From: Callorhinchus milii
Lineage: Eukaryota
Assembly: GCF_018977255.1 (NCBI RefSeq)
Contig: NW_024704742.1
Span: 115,942,001-116,006,000, forward strand
Direction: 5' to 3'
DNA length: 64,000 nt
Position numbers and translations under genes: made by a program. Below, piece by piece: positions 25,491-39,391 of this stretch (within the stretch, counting starts at the first letter, position 1; each line of letters opens with the position of its first letter). Under the pieces are notes generated by a model, which did no database searches, had not been told where the DNA came from, and saw nothing but the letters and a program-made list of their open reading frames with translations.

Positions 25491-28400
25491 TATTTTTTTT
25501 AAAAAACGAAATATTGTAACTGGATGGATTTCAGGTGACCATTTTTTTTTTAGTTTTGTTGAATTTTCCTGTTCAGATTATTTGAAGTCTGCCATGTTTG
25601 GGGTATGTTGGGGATTATTTAATGTAGGGGGTGTTATATCTTAAAAAATACACATGTTCCTGATTAATAGAGGGATGTTCGAGAATAGACACGATGTGGA
25701 GAATCTGAAAGGGAAACCATTCATCTGCACGTCTCAAAAGGGCACCGCAAAGAACAAACTCCTCAGCCTTTCCCTCTAGTAATGTAGGAAATGGGTCACT
25801 TGTTGATATTGAATTCAAAACAAAACATTTTATTAACTACTTCTCGCCAGTCATATAACATTAGTTTAGCAGCGCTTCTGTTATAAGATAACCGTATCAT
25901 ATTAATCCTTCAGTCGTTCTTTTGGGTTAAGACTCTTGGCATTGCTGGTCAACACTGCCCTTCACATACCCTCAGCATCGCAGATTTTCTTCCCTCCAGT
26001 TAACAAATCAAGATTTAAAGCTGCCTTTGAAATAGCTCTTTATTAAAGCACCACTTATCTGTGTCGAGACGTTTCGGATGAAATTATTGAGTTAAGCAAA
26101 TAAATCCAGTTTCGTCCAGATTACAGTATTTGGAGCGCGATAAAAAAAAATAATTTCAGTCTGTCGAGTATCGTGCGGCTGGAAAACAGAAAGACAAATA
26201 TTATTTTCCTTCTTTATGTGAAATACCGACTTGATGGATCTGTCATTGGGGGCGTTTGAACGCTGTTTCTGGCAAGCTTTCCAAATCCCAAGAGTCAAAT
26301 AGAAGTTGTTTCGTGTCTTCGTGAACCTATCATGAAATATTTTAATAGGACGGCTCTGTTGACTTTACACATGAGAAAGCCAAAAAAGTTGCAGAAGTTG
26401 GATGCCTTGTTTCAAATATTTCTCCTTGACTTTCGCCACTATTACAGATTAATCACTCCATTCGGTTTGCACTTGTTTAATCCCTCATCCCCACAGGCAG
26501 GTAACCCACAGCACTGTCTATCAGCTTGTACTTTATTTTGATTGTAATGCTGTGGTCAGGTCGAAGGGCAAATGTTTCACTCTGGATTTCAACCTCACTT
26601 TAATGTCTATATTTAGACCCAACTTTCCTAGTTTTGAGTGGACAGGCCAGATGTGGCATTTCTCGTCGTTGACGAGACATTCCGCCTAATCGCTCATTTT
26701 AAATCCATTTTGTCTGAAAATCTAAGATTGCTCAGAGTTTTAAAAATCATTTCTAATTTGGAAATGTGTTTAGACTCTGAAAAGGAATCCGCTTCTAAAT
26801 CAAGACTGAATTTAAGAATATTCTGCACATTACTTCTAACAGAACTCGATCCTCAATGTTAAGACAAAATATTAAACAGATTAAGACTAGATTAAATTGT
26901 GGGTCCTATTTGTCTCAGTTAAACTAATATCTGCCCTGTAATCTTCAATTCGTCCCGATAAAACCATCACACAAGTTACTATAATGTAATTCGGGGAACT
27001 ATTGTAATGTTTTTCACATGTTATACAATCCTCCAATGGTGCAAAATGTACAATACATTCGAAATAACAAATTATTAATCTTTCGTCTAACCCATAAATA
27101 CACTTAAACTGTATCATTTGAATGAAATTGTTAGGTGCGCGCTTCATCGCTGTGATGTGCAAACTCCGAACTGTCGTGAAACTATCAGCGGTGCACTTTT
27201 ATATCATTTCTCAACCTGCAATTTTACATACACCTGCTTACATTTTCCTTGCAGTTTATACATCGCTTTTATTCACTCAACCATCAACCTTCGATGTCAC
27301 CTTGGAAATTATACAGATGTACCGGAAAAGCGTAACTTAAAAATCATTCTTTTTTTCCCCTTTGCTTACAAAGCCACACTAATTTAATTGTGTTAATAGG
27401 ACATTTCAATGTTGCATCAATTTGGGATGTCCAGTCTTACAATGTCATTTGATATATGATTGATGCATACTGTTAATGTATCGGCTTATTACATTGACAT
27501 ACTTTTTCAGTGTCATACAGTATTTTATTAAATAAAATTAGTCTGTTTCATAATAGTTATCGCGGTATAAATGTATTGCATTGATGTATATAGCAATGCC
27601 GTTATATAGTATATATTTATGTTTACATTTCAGGTTTTCTATTAAGTAGCGTGTTTATTTATTCTTCTGCTGAACTGGCACCAGGGCCACATAGGGTACG
27701 AGTTGTTTCATGAGTGAAGAGTTTGAACAAATGGAAATTGATTTTTTTTTAAAAAAAAGAAAGAACTGAGAAGAATTGTTCGCGATGATTATTAACATAC
27801 GATTTGTTGATATAAGTTTGGATTGCAGGCTTTAGAATTGATGCTTATTTTACAGCTTTATGAACTTTTTCTGTCGGGACCACACAAAGTGATGCTCACA
27901 GCCAGTGCTAATGGGAAAAGAAACGGTCTCCCCTGTGACATGGACAGTGTGAAAAGGGGATATTTTATTGGTTTTAGCTGAGACCGCTTTCTTTCTTTGG
28001 GAATAATAAACCGTATCAGCAAACGGGTTGCAGCAAAGGGTGAAAAGAAAACACATCTCTCCCGTAAAACTGTTGTGAAGGTGGGGAGAAGCAGCCCTAA
28101 TTCATTTGTAAATGTTATTATTGTCTTTCCAGGTTTCATCATAGCATTTCCTCGCGAAATGACATGTAAGCATGCGGGTCTGCACATAAGTCGGAATCTT
28201 TCTTTCCATTTTTACGATCGTGATGTCTTAAACATGGCCCATTATTATGATTCAATCACCTTTCCCCTAATTCGGAACTTTGGTTCTCTCCTTTGGGAAG
28301 GGGGTAAGTAGGTCACATTTTGCCAGTGCTATTAAAATAAATCTTTTACTTTTCAGCAAAGCTGCCTTTGACACAAAGCATATGCGTACAGGGGACACAG

Positions 28401-28855
28401 CTGGAATAAAGACATGGTCCTCGTACTCTGGAGAGAAATGTGTTCACATCCCTGACAGTCTAAACCTGAAGTTCTATAAATCCTAAAAGCGATCCTTTCA
28501 AGTTGCAAAATTGCACCTCCCTTGAAAGAAAGCATTGACCAGAATTTTTTTTTGCTATAGACTCGGTATGAAAACAGAACAAATTTATACTTTCCTTCCT
28601 TTAGTGCAGGATTGTCGAGCAGCTGTTGTAACTCAGCTGAGTGAAGCGGACCCCCACGGCTTCGGTTCTTGTTTTAACTTCCAGTCGGAAACCAGATATC
28701 AAAAAAATCGGCCTCTGTCTGAGCGCTTTATTTTCTTGTGGAACAGAGCTGCGCTCACACACATAACTCTCTCGGGATGCACATTGGGACCATTTTATCT
28801 GGAAGAACTGGTCTTCTCAACTTGACCAAATAGTCTGTGGGATCATGGCACAGCA

Positions 28856-28885
28856 GGCGAGGCGAGGCGAGGCGAGGCGAGGCGA
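28856..28885. repeat. (GGCGA)6 pentanucleotide microsatellite
   Basis: Six perfect units. Confidence 0.95.
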
Positions 28886-29434
28886 GGCTACAAGTCCTCC
28901 CATTTCACTCCCTGGCTTCTGGGATCCCAAGTCACATTGACACGGAATAACCAATGTCACTGCTTTGGGCGGATGTAACTACCACTGCCTATTTTTTGGA
29001 GCGGGGATAAACCACATCGCATTCACCACCAAGTCAAGAAGCCAAGCGAGAATTTCATACTTCATGTCAGTCGTATTAATTATGTTCTGCGGAACTGAAG
29101 GAAACAATGCCATCACAAAAAAAAAGTATGCTTTCTTTTGCATATATTAGTGTTGGTGTCTTCCAAAGAATTGCACTGAACTTTTGAACATTGTGGCGAT
29201 TTCTATTTTCTAAAAGTCACATGGAAAGGCTCAATGGTGTGAACTGGAGTAATATGAGTTCGAGCATAATTTTTTTTGCCCAATCTAACATTAAATTGTT
29301 GTGATTGACACTGAAATAAACCTTTGTCATTTCAAAATGACCGTGGGACTGTTGCTTCAGTGATCCCGGGTTTTTTTTAAAAAGATCTGATACATAACAA
29401 ATACATTTGATTAATATTTCGTGAGTTTATTTAA

Positions 29435-29630
29435 TCTCCAAAAACAACAACAATATTAAATTGGTCGCTTCAATCCACCACTGTTTGTGGGACACTGCTG
29501 TGTGCAATTCGCTGCCGCATTTCGCCCACAAACATACAGTCATTTCACTTTACAGTATATTCTGTAAAGCACTTTGAGACGTCTAGAAGACGTGAAAAGC
29601 GCTAATATCAAATGCAAGAATTATTATTAT
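29435..29630 (+). mobile_element. Deu-SINE 3' half
   Basis: ctgtttgtgggacactgctgtgtgcaattcgctgccgc...aaatgcaagaattattattat. Confidence 0.88.
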
Positions 29631-32600
29631 CTGCTATGTTTTTGCATATGTTTCGTATGATTTTGCACGAACTACATTTTGAGCTTTATTTGATTAATTC
29701 TTTTAAATTTGTTTCAAAATTTGTGAATGCAATCCTTAAAAGGGGACATAACCTAATCTCGATCGTTCCCTTGAGTTCCAAGAGTTATTAAATTCAATCA
29801 TTCATGTATATATTGCAAAAGTACATACTGCTGTTACAAATTGATGAATTCAATTCTGACCAATTAATTTACCCGTGAATTCCCGTTGCATGGCCCCCAT
29901 CTGTCCCGACAGTATAGAGAAAAGGATTGTTTGAATCTATGTGATGACATTGAAAGATAATTTTCTGGGGGAATATTACGACCAAACTATTAAGGGTAGT
30001 CTCATACTTGCGGGACAAATTGTAAATGTATTTGGATTCGGAAACTGAAACATTAGTACGAGCAAGTATGTGATTTTAAAACAGGTTACCACATAGCAAA
30101 AGTACAGGTGCAAAACATCAAGTACATTATTTTAAAATATGAGAGGAGATAACTAGTCCAAATTAACGATAAGTAACCTTTGTCTTGAAGGCACAATGCA
30201 TCAATATCGTATTTCAAATAGATTTCTGCTTATCAATATAATGAATACATACTCAGATATGATTGAGAATCTTGGTGTCCCATAAAATATAATTATTTGA
30301 AAACTGAATAAATTTATCAGTAGGAATTTTGTACACAAACTCTTATTTTACTTTGATTATTATTATTTCTCTTCTACAGTGTAAGGTTATTACTAGGTTA
30401 TCTTTGTCCCTAAAATAATTGGATTGTCTATGCATTCTTTGGTAAATTGCTACATAAAGTAATATGCACTTCTTAGCTGTTACCTATAATCATTTTGTTA
30501 TAGTAAAGCATCAACTAAGGTGTAATGATTGATAATTGCCTGCAAATAGTTAAACATTTATGTTATTATATCATAGGAATCAAAGTGTGACCCCCCACAT
30601 TCCCAAAGAACAAAATACAAACCAGAGGCAGGCAATTTTCACTGCTCGGAATCCCACCAAGACTTGTGGAAGAATTTCCTTGTCTTCAGGCAAAACAGGC
30701 CTTCATAACAGTCGCTTGTCTGCCTTTCACATCCCACAAGAGCTTTTTTGTTGTATCTAGTTCACTAGGACTGCAGCACAACAAACATTTCCCTTAGCTT
30801 TAGGGCAATTTGCGTTTAACATAAACAAAACAACTATTCATACAGAAAGAGGAGGAAGCTGTTATGTATTAATGTTTGTACATTATATAGCATAACAGTT
30901 TGCCAGAAGGCTTACCACCAGAGTCGTGGAGCTGCCAAGCCATGCCTCAAACAAATGTCAAGGACTCATTACACCCTTACAGATTGCAGGTTAGGTGAGT
31001 TTTGACCAATTCCCCAATTACATCCTCTTGTGCCCATAGACCACGTTGGATAGGAGCCAAGAACTGTGTCAGTTTCTCAGCATTCACAGGAACTATACTG
31101 CCTGTTCAAATCCCAATGATGTTATGATTTCATACTTCATTGGCTAGATTATTTTTTAGATTATACTTAAGTAGAAGATTAGGCCATGTACTTTGTGGTT
31201 AGTGATTTTTAAACTACATTTGCTCTGCTTGTAACGCGGGGTTATGGTACTTTACTTTCCCATTTGTTTGTGACTAGAGCCACACATAAATACACGTAGT
31301 CCACATGTGATCACCATATGCCACATCTGGACACGAAGAGACCCTGTCTCCCTCACTTGCTCTCCTAATTTAAAAAGACCCCACACAGCCATGATCAAAC
31401 ATACCGATCTTTAACATGGGGAAATTCCGTGACCAGATATTTATCTATTTAATTCTTGTTACAGACAATAACTCGTATCCAATTGTCGATAACTACTCTT
31501 GTCGATAAACGCCACAAAAGTCTGAAGCTGCACTCCCCAGTGAGCTGGGGGTTCAACCATAATTCACAATTGTTTTATTTACAGCAGTTAAAACCGCAGA
31601 TTGATAGATAGCATCAGTAAAAACGTCCATTTAGTTCAGCCAAATTGAACTATGAAGACTGGATATTATTAAGCAATCAAACTGTACCCATTCCCCTAAA
31701 TTACATATCTATTTACGTGTGATTATAAGGCGATTAAGAGTTTCTGGGGCTGCTTTTGAAACTTGACGGCGCTGAAAGTTTTAACATTCCAGAGTTACGG
31801 TAAATCGAAATCTAATTACTGAGAAAAAACGTGACAGTCCCATCCATAATCGTTTCACCTGTAAAACTGTTGGTTTAAGAAAAGTGGTGAACATAGACTA
31901 GCCAATTAAACGTGAGTGCAAAAAAAATGAACTTCACAAAGGTTTTCCTTATAGTACTCTAGAGATCTGCGCCAATTAAACATGGTTACCTCTGAATGGC
32001 GCTGAAATAGTCCAACTTGTTGCTGAACGTCTGCGAGCTCTCCCCACAACTCACATCAACCACTTCATTTAAAGATCCTCACACTCGGGATCTGTCTCGT
32101 TACGGAGAGAGTAGAAATAAAGGGGAAGGCGATTGGTGTAAGAGAGTGAGTGAGACAAGGAAGACACACCAGAAAACAAATAACACATGAATACAAGCAA
32201 ACAGATGGCTGCTAATTCATTATACACTACTTGCTTGACGTTTGATGGAAAAATTGGCAGGAAAACGAAACGGAAACAAACAGACAAAAATAATTCCCAA
32301 TTTAATGTCGTTCATTCCATCTTGTTTGTTTCACTGGTTGGTTTTGCACTCTCCCTATGTTTGTTGTGCGTTTTCTAAAGTTTCTTTTGTAGATTTTTCC
32401 AAAGGCCATCATTAGAACGATTTAAACAGTGTCAATAACATTTAGCTATCTTCTGTGCACAAGAAAGGAAAACAGCCCCGAAATTCAGTTAATCAATCCC
32501 AGTAGACAAGGTCATGAAGGTACCACGTGCAAAAATATTGATGGTATGACTTTCAAATTTGAATTTCATAGCAGTGTTGCCTGACCCAAGGAAAAGCAAC

Positions 32601-34054
32601 TCTTGTTTCTGTCGTATTCGATGCCAAGAATGTGACAGTCATCAGTTGGCGACAAAATGATGACTCGGGAGTGGTGGGGTTTATCTCTGGGTCAATTGAG
32701 AGAAACGTGGTGGCGATCAATGAGGCAAACTAATGGGGTGAAGGGCACTCACCTCAAACAAAACCGCTCAATTCAACACAGGAAAGCTGACGCTGTCGAA
32801 AGCAATCCATGAATGAAACCAAGTGTCATCTTAAGGGGTAAAAACTATAAATATGTACCCCTTTCCTGAATATGAGTGCGTCAGACGGTCGTATTGAGCA
32901 ATTAATACTATTAATCTGGGACAATGAATCCGGGGGTAATAATCCCTTCAATAATAATAATTATAATAATAATAATAATGTGATCAGGCGCTATAACAAA
33001 TGAAAGAATGATGATTATTATTATAATTATCCGTTCTGCAATATAACGGCATATCCCAGTGATGCAATGGGTCACAAATCTTGGGATAGAATTGTTGTGT
33101 ACCTCTTTAACATGTATTTATTGTGACTAGCATTGGACTAGGTGGGAAGCTGGACAGTGTGGTATTATGTATATTGTATTGTTTGGTATGTTAACGTAAC
33201 CTTAGATCTGATTTTTGCAAAGTGAAAAATATTTATATTTAGGACTATAAACAACAATGAGTGAGCAACATTGTGAATGGAGCTGCCTTTAAAACATATA
33301 CAGTATTTGATAAATATACATTTGAGTATGCTATGTGATTTCGTGTATTGTAATTAAATGACGACATCACAATTACTTTCATTATTATTCTTATTCCCTA
33401 TGTGTCTAATATGTTATTTACACCCATCCTGAGACTAGGCACATTTTGCATTGCGTTCAGTTATGTCATTGTCCGTCTTGATACCCTTCATGTCTTTCAT
33501 ATTTGGCTGAAATCGTTCACTTGTTCATAAGGCACTCTCAGCTTGTAAGCCTGACCTCTTTTACTATCACCCCATCTTTATTGGGAGTTCAGTCCAAGTG
33601 AATTTGACAGTGCAAAATGCGTCTCGAAAATCAATTACATGTGCAAACCTCCAGACGTGTAGCTCCTCCTCTTAAACAGCAATGAAATATTTAGCAAAGG
33701 GGGGAAAAAAAACACAACAACTTGAAGCTGTCCGTAGTCCCAGATCTCGCTCTTCGCGTCTCTCTTTAAATATCTAAGTGTGATTCCTGAGAGCTGTTTG
33801 GGGATGCTGTTCGCCTCTATTGCTTTAAGGCTCGGGGTATTGAAAAAAAAGTTCACTCATGTTTTGGTTCACCTTTGGCCTGACCTCGTATTAAACAATG
33901 GCTTTCTGGTTATACTAAATGACCACATCTTGCCGACTCTGCCAAATTAATGAGACCATGTCATTTTAAGTTTACAGTTCAGTCGTGGATCAGCCAAGTG
34001 GAAAAACGAGTCAAGGACCGTTAAGGAGCCTCACGCAACATTCATGGAAGGGTC

Positions 34055-34222
34055 TCACTCCCCCTCCCCCCCCCCAAACCCACCTTTCTCTCTCTCTCTC
34101 TCTCAATACATCACCACCCTACTTCACCTCTCTATACATTCACTTTATTCCCAAGCTCCCAATCTCTCTGTCCCTTTCCCCTCTTTGTCTCTATTTCTCC
34201 TCGTGTTCCCTTTCACCCACTG

Positions 34223-34263
<41 letters not shown>

Positions 34264-34456
34264 GCTCATTCACAAGCATTGGGATCCCCCGCTTTGTTTC
34301 TCCCTTTCAACTGTGGTTTGTTTTACCAGGATCTATATCTGTTTTCCATCTCACTTCCACTTCCAGCGTTTTGCTACACTCTTACCTTAATCGCTTGCCC
34401 CGTTAAATCTGATTCTGCTCTTCCAATACTGTTCAGGTTTTTAAATACACATTGCA

Positions 34457-34494
<38 letters not shown>

Positions 34495-34560
34495 CCCGCT
34501 TCTCCTCCTGTTGCCTTAACTTGCCTCTTGCAGTAGGAATCACTCCACCACCCCGACACT
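34055..34560 (+). repeat. Pyrimidine-rich tract with (CT)n and (CA)n microsatellites
   Basis: (CT)n near 34087-34104 and 34460-34491, (CA)n 34230-34262. Confidence 0.9.
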
Positions 34561-35192
34561 ATCTCTGTGTGCTTCAGTGTTAGTTATAAGCGCCGACACA
34601 GAGTGCAGTTATGGTACAGACGCCACAGCCCAATCTACCCTGTATCTACAACGACTCAACTGACATGACACACGCTCTCAAAACAAAGGTTAGGAATGAT
34701 AACTACTTAAAAACCTCCTCGTTAAAACAATGTAATCTTATTGTAAAATCTTAAAATAACATGCATTTATGCCTGCATTTTATTTTTCTTCCAATCATAT
34801 CCGCTGCTGCAGAAAAGAAAGTTGAGAAGTCCTCCTGACGTGAAAGGCGCTGTATCAAATGCAATGATTATTATTGTTATTATAAAGTTATCTTGTTCCC
34901 TTCTCGCCTCCAACACGTCGACTACCCATTGCCCATCTGCCAATGCTGACTATTGCCTGGCCACACAACAAATGCTTTTATTGCGTTAAAGACTGAGCAT
35001 ATATTTGAACCTTAACATGTGTGTAATGTAAGGTATTGTTGCCTTTTTTTGACCGTGAACTTGCTTGAAGACCATAACTTTCAATGAATAACCAGCAAAT
35101 TATACGTTGCATTTGGAGCTCGACAATGGGGCGCATTCGTTCGGTTTGTAAACGCTTTAAAATTACATTACATACCAGCAACTCTCCAAAAG

Positions 35193-35194
35193 AC

Positions 35195-35228
<34 letters not shown>
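35193..35228. repeat. (CT)n(CA)n compound microsatellite
   Basis: Direct reading. Confidence 0.9.
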
Positions 35229-35229
<1 letters not shown>

Positions 35230-35707
35230 AACATACACCCTTGCTTTGGTTGCGTTTGAACTTGGGAGAAATAATCGTGGATCATTGGAAAAGGGAGTCT
35301 CCGGAGAGCAGTGACTCCTTTTGTTACTTGCAACCGTGGGACACTTGAGAAGGCTGTACTGACTGATGTAAAGTGTGGCAATGCGCAACCATTAGATGCT
35401 GCGAGCACACAGCTCAAACCAGCCCTGGCGTTGTGAGGTCTGCTGCTGTTTGGGGCTGAACACACGGATTCCTCGCTACCTGTGTACATCTGGAGTCTTG
35501 TCAACGTGAAAAAATAAATGTTAAACAAGCCCTAGGTTGTGCACTCTTGTACCAAGCGGGTAAATAAGAGTGATACTATCCCGGAATTCTTGCATCGTGT
35601 TAATCTGGTTATTTAAAAGGCGAAAGACTAACGCCACTTTACCAAAAATGTCAATTGCAAAATTAAATCTACTGCTTCCTGTAATGTGGCTTTCTCCCCC
35701 TCTCTCT

Positions 35708-35756
35708 CGTGTGTGTGTGTGTGTGTGAAAAAGAGAGAGAGAGAGAGAGAGAGAGA
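35708..35756. repeat. (GT)n(GA)n compound microsatellite
   Basis: Direct reading. Confidence 0.9.
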
Positions 35757-36959
35757 AGGTCGGGGAACTTATGTTTATGAATTACCCGATTCCACTGAAC
35801 GATGCATTAAAAAAACGGATAAAATCAGTGATATTAGAATGTTATTGTTAGATTCATTTGAATTTCTAAAACAAATTGTTATTAAATCATTTATGTTAAA
35901 ATCCTAGCTGAAAGACTAGATGGTCCGAATCTGCAAAATAATTAAAAAAAACTGTGATCTGCAATTACATAGGAATCCAGAAATGTATCTGTGGCTGTGT
36001 GTTCTGTTAAAAATAAAACAATTTAAGACGTGAACTCCCCTGTCTTATGTTTCTCTATCTTCAGCTGAGTGCCGAGAAAAGGAAGCCACGATTTGACCTG
36101 TAAAAATTCGCGAAATGATGCCCTTTTCTTGATAAATCATTGGGAGCACGAAGAGAAACACACAGATAGAGATACTGTGTTAGTACTTTTCCCGGTAGAA
36201 CTGACTTCATTTCATTCAACTCATGGCAATGTAAGTCCATGTGACCTTTGTGATCTGTTTTCTTGAAATATCAGCCAAGTGGATGCGCATATAATATGAA
36301 TAATGTCTCCACATTCAAAAGTCAGCAAGTACCAAAATTAAACAACACAATAACAATATTAATATCAATAAGGGATTTGCAGATAATACAATCACTTCTC
36401 CTGGTTTGGCCCCAAAACATCAAAACACATGCCTTAAACTGAAAGAATATTTTCACATTGTTTTAAGAAGCTGAACATTCAACATCACCAAGTTATTCAA
36501 AAAATGTTTTCGTATGTGTGTGAGAGAAAATAAAAATGTGAAATTCTGAAATGATGAACGGGGGTATTAATATATATAGAGAGAAAGAGGGGCGAGAGAG
36601 AGAGAGAGAGAACATATTTTGTATATTTAGCATAAGTATATTTTGCCAATCTTTCATCAAAATGTTAGAATTATTTTAACAATATTTGTCACAACAAATA
36701 TAATAGCGGACAATACGTATTGATTTCACGGGTGGTTTCTCGTAATAATAGATACAGAGTAACGTGGGGGGAAACCTGCAAACTGTTCAAAGAAATCAGT
36801 GACTGACAAAAAAAACATTAAATGCATCCCATTGATTTAAAAGAGAAAAGTATATGTATTCAAGTTATTGACTGAACATACAAACTAGGCGAGTTATTAG
36901 GCGACCCAGGAGCACTCTGGCTACCCAAACCAGAGGTACAATGTGGTTGTTCTTTGGAG

Positions 36960-37260
36960 TTTACTCCCCATAGTTTCCATCTGCTGTTTTAAACTCGCTT
37001 TCATCTGCAAAGTTTGTCCTGGGTTTTTAATGTTTTTCTTAATTACCAACTTGGCTTTAAAACGTTCTCCTCGGGTCTGCAGGGAGATATTCCATCATTC
37101 TGCAATTATGGGACCTGTGAACTCACCCGTCAGGAACGATTTTTTTTGCCTCCTTATTAATGATCTGAACCATCAAAGTGACCTTTTATTTCAGCTTATG
37201 CTAAATCGCCATATGTGAGAAAATTGTGCCCAAAGGAATTCTCCTGATAGAGTCAGTGAA
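36960..37260. promoter_or_regulatory. Candidate enhancer
   Basis: TAATTA, ATCAAAG (TCF/LEF) 37172, CATATG E-box 37210, unique sequence; motif-based only. Confidence 0.25.
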
Positions 37261-38439
37261 ACGCAGCAAGAAAACGTTTCTCAAAAGTTGCTCTTGAAGC
37301 ACAAATGTTTATATAAATGTTTAGCCAGGTTAGAAGAATCACTAGCCTCAAAGGGGAGATGGAGACAAAACAGCAACATATTATCCTGTAATAACACAAG
37401 CGAGTGAGTTATAGGACTGCCGAAAGCGACATAAAGGACAGACCCTTGCTAAAGACTATTGAACAATAATTTTATTTTGTCTGAGACATTGGTGTATCCA
37501 ACACAGCGCAGGCAAACATACTTCATATAGTTAATCAATTTGAAAAATGAATCGTTCCACTCACTACATTATTCCTTCATATTTGCAACATAAAGTATTT
37601 ATTCACTTTAATTCGAATTGGAAAAATAATGGAAACAAATGAAACTGACAGCAGCAAGCATGCATTACTTAATTATATGGCGTCCTCGCTGGCTTTTCCT
37701 AGGTTTGTTTATGAAAACCAAATTTCCATCTTAAACGTGCTTGTTTATATCATGTAAGTGCTAGTGATCTATTTCAGACATCAGCAGCCTTAGCAACCTA
37801 CCCCCCACCCCCTCCCCACCTCCCCTCCTTCCGCTTGTTAAGTCTCTAGTCACTTAGTTACTAAGTCTCTGTATAAAATTTTCCAAAATCCATTAAGGTT
37901 TTGCCCAAACTTCTATTAAAAGACATAGAATATGACATTGCTTTACAACGCATTTTTAAAGGTGTAGTACTATTAAAATGTTATTGACCAATCTGGTTAC
38001 CAGTATTATTAAGTTGTATCATTTATATATTCAATAGTATTTTGTTCTTAAAAGGTAACATCCACATAAAATAATTTTGCAATGGAAAATAGAATGTGTC
38101 ATTTCTAAACAAAAGCTTTCCTCTGTTACAGTGGAGCAATGCTTTACTGTGTATACATGAATAAAATAACACTCTACTGAGGCTTTGGGGATAGCGCAGA
38201 GCAGTACAATTAAGGGCAAAATGTATCAAATGCAAGGATTATTATTATATAATTATAATTTTGATTCAGTACAACTTCCATACCATAAATAGCCTCAAGT
38301 GTCAGATTTAGAATTGAAAACGCGGCGTGCGCTTCAAACAGTCAGCAGAGGGGAATGTGAACACTTAACATGTATCCCATTTCCCTGTTGATTCAGTCAA
38401 TACAGCTTTAAAGTTTTAAAAAAAAGTCACGGATGCACT

Positions 38440-38660
38440 AACCGCTTGAGACAGTTTTAAAGGAGGCAGTTGCCCTTTAATTACAGACGCAATAAAACCC
38501 GTCTTAGCCCGTGCAGTTAATTGCAGAGAGAATGTTACAGGTGGAGGTGAACATCACATGAAGTGTTTACACATTAAAGATTAACTGGTTGATCCGCTTT
38601 TGCCCAATAGTGGGAATTGCCAACGCTATGGTGACATTTCCACTCTGCGCGTTCATCTCT
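38440..38660. promoter_or_regulatory. Candidate enhancer
   Basis: TAATTA 38478, GCAATAAA 38489, TGTTTAC, GTGGGAA (CSL) 38610; motif-based only. Confidence 0.25.
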
Positions 38661-39074
38661 TAAGGGATCTGAGCTCATCACAAAGTGCAAAGTAAAGAAT
38701 CGGGTTACTTGAAAAGGCTGAGGTTGCTTTAAGTCCACACTTGTATGCACTGAGGGATTGTGCTACATTTTATGGTGATTAACCTTAACTGGACAACTGG
38801 CTTTAACCTTATCTCGCTAAAGAGGTGACGATCCCCTCGATTCAGAGCTACTTTTTTTTTGCTGGGGGAGGGGAAGAAATAAAACTGCTATTTGCGCACA
38901 TGGTATTTATTCTCTGTCGGTCAATATCCGCAGAGATTGAAAACTTTTCAAAAGCAATGAAAGAGCGAAGCCGCTCCCCAACTGCTCTCCTTAAAAGGGG
39001 GCTGGACTCCAGCCTGACCCACCCTCAATCCACTGGTTTACAGCTCAGCGCCTGTTAAAGTGTCTAGCCCTAAG

Positions 39075-39190
39075 GATAAATAATAATGATAATAATAATC
39101 CTTGCATTTGATATAAGCGCCTTATCGCGTTGTTGAGACATCTCAAAGCGCTTCACAGAATATACTATAATTTTGTATTTTGTGGGTGGA
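39075..39190 (-). mobile_element. Deu-SINE 3' fragment
   Basis: (TAA)n, ccttgcatttgatataagcgc...cttcacagaatatact. Confidence 0.8.
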
Positions 39191-39301
39191 TTTAATAAAG
39201 CTGTGTAACGCCAACAAGCCAGTTGCTTTATACTGTAGTCACTGAATGTGCACACTAGCCTTTGGAAATCACACCCAGGGCGCAAGCTACATTTAAGGGA
39301 G

Positions 39302-39307
39302 AAAGAA

Positions 39308-39391
<84 letters not shown>
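39302..39391. repeat. (AAAG)n tetranucleotide microsatellite
   Basis: About 90 bp of AAAG units. Confidence 0.97.

Noticed and set aside
26565..26830. Possible palindromic MITE centred on ctcgtcgttgacgag
   Set aside because: Outer symmetry too weak to define termini by eye
33985..34559. 183-aa and overlapping ORFs
   Set aside because: Open only because of (CT)n/(CA)n low-complexity sequence
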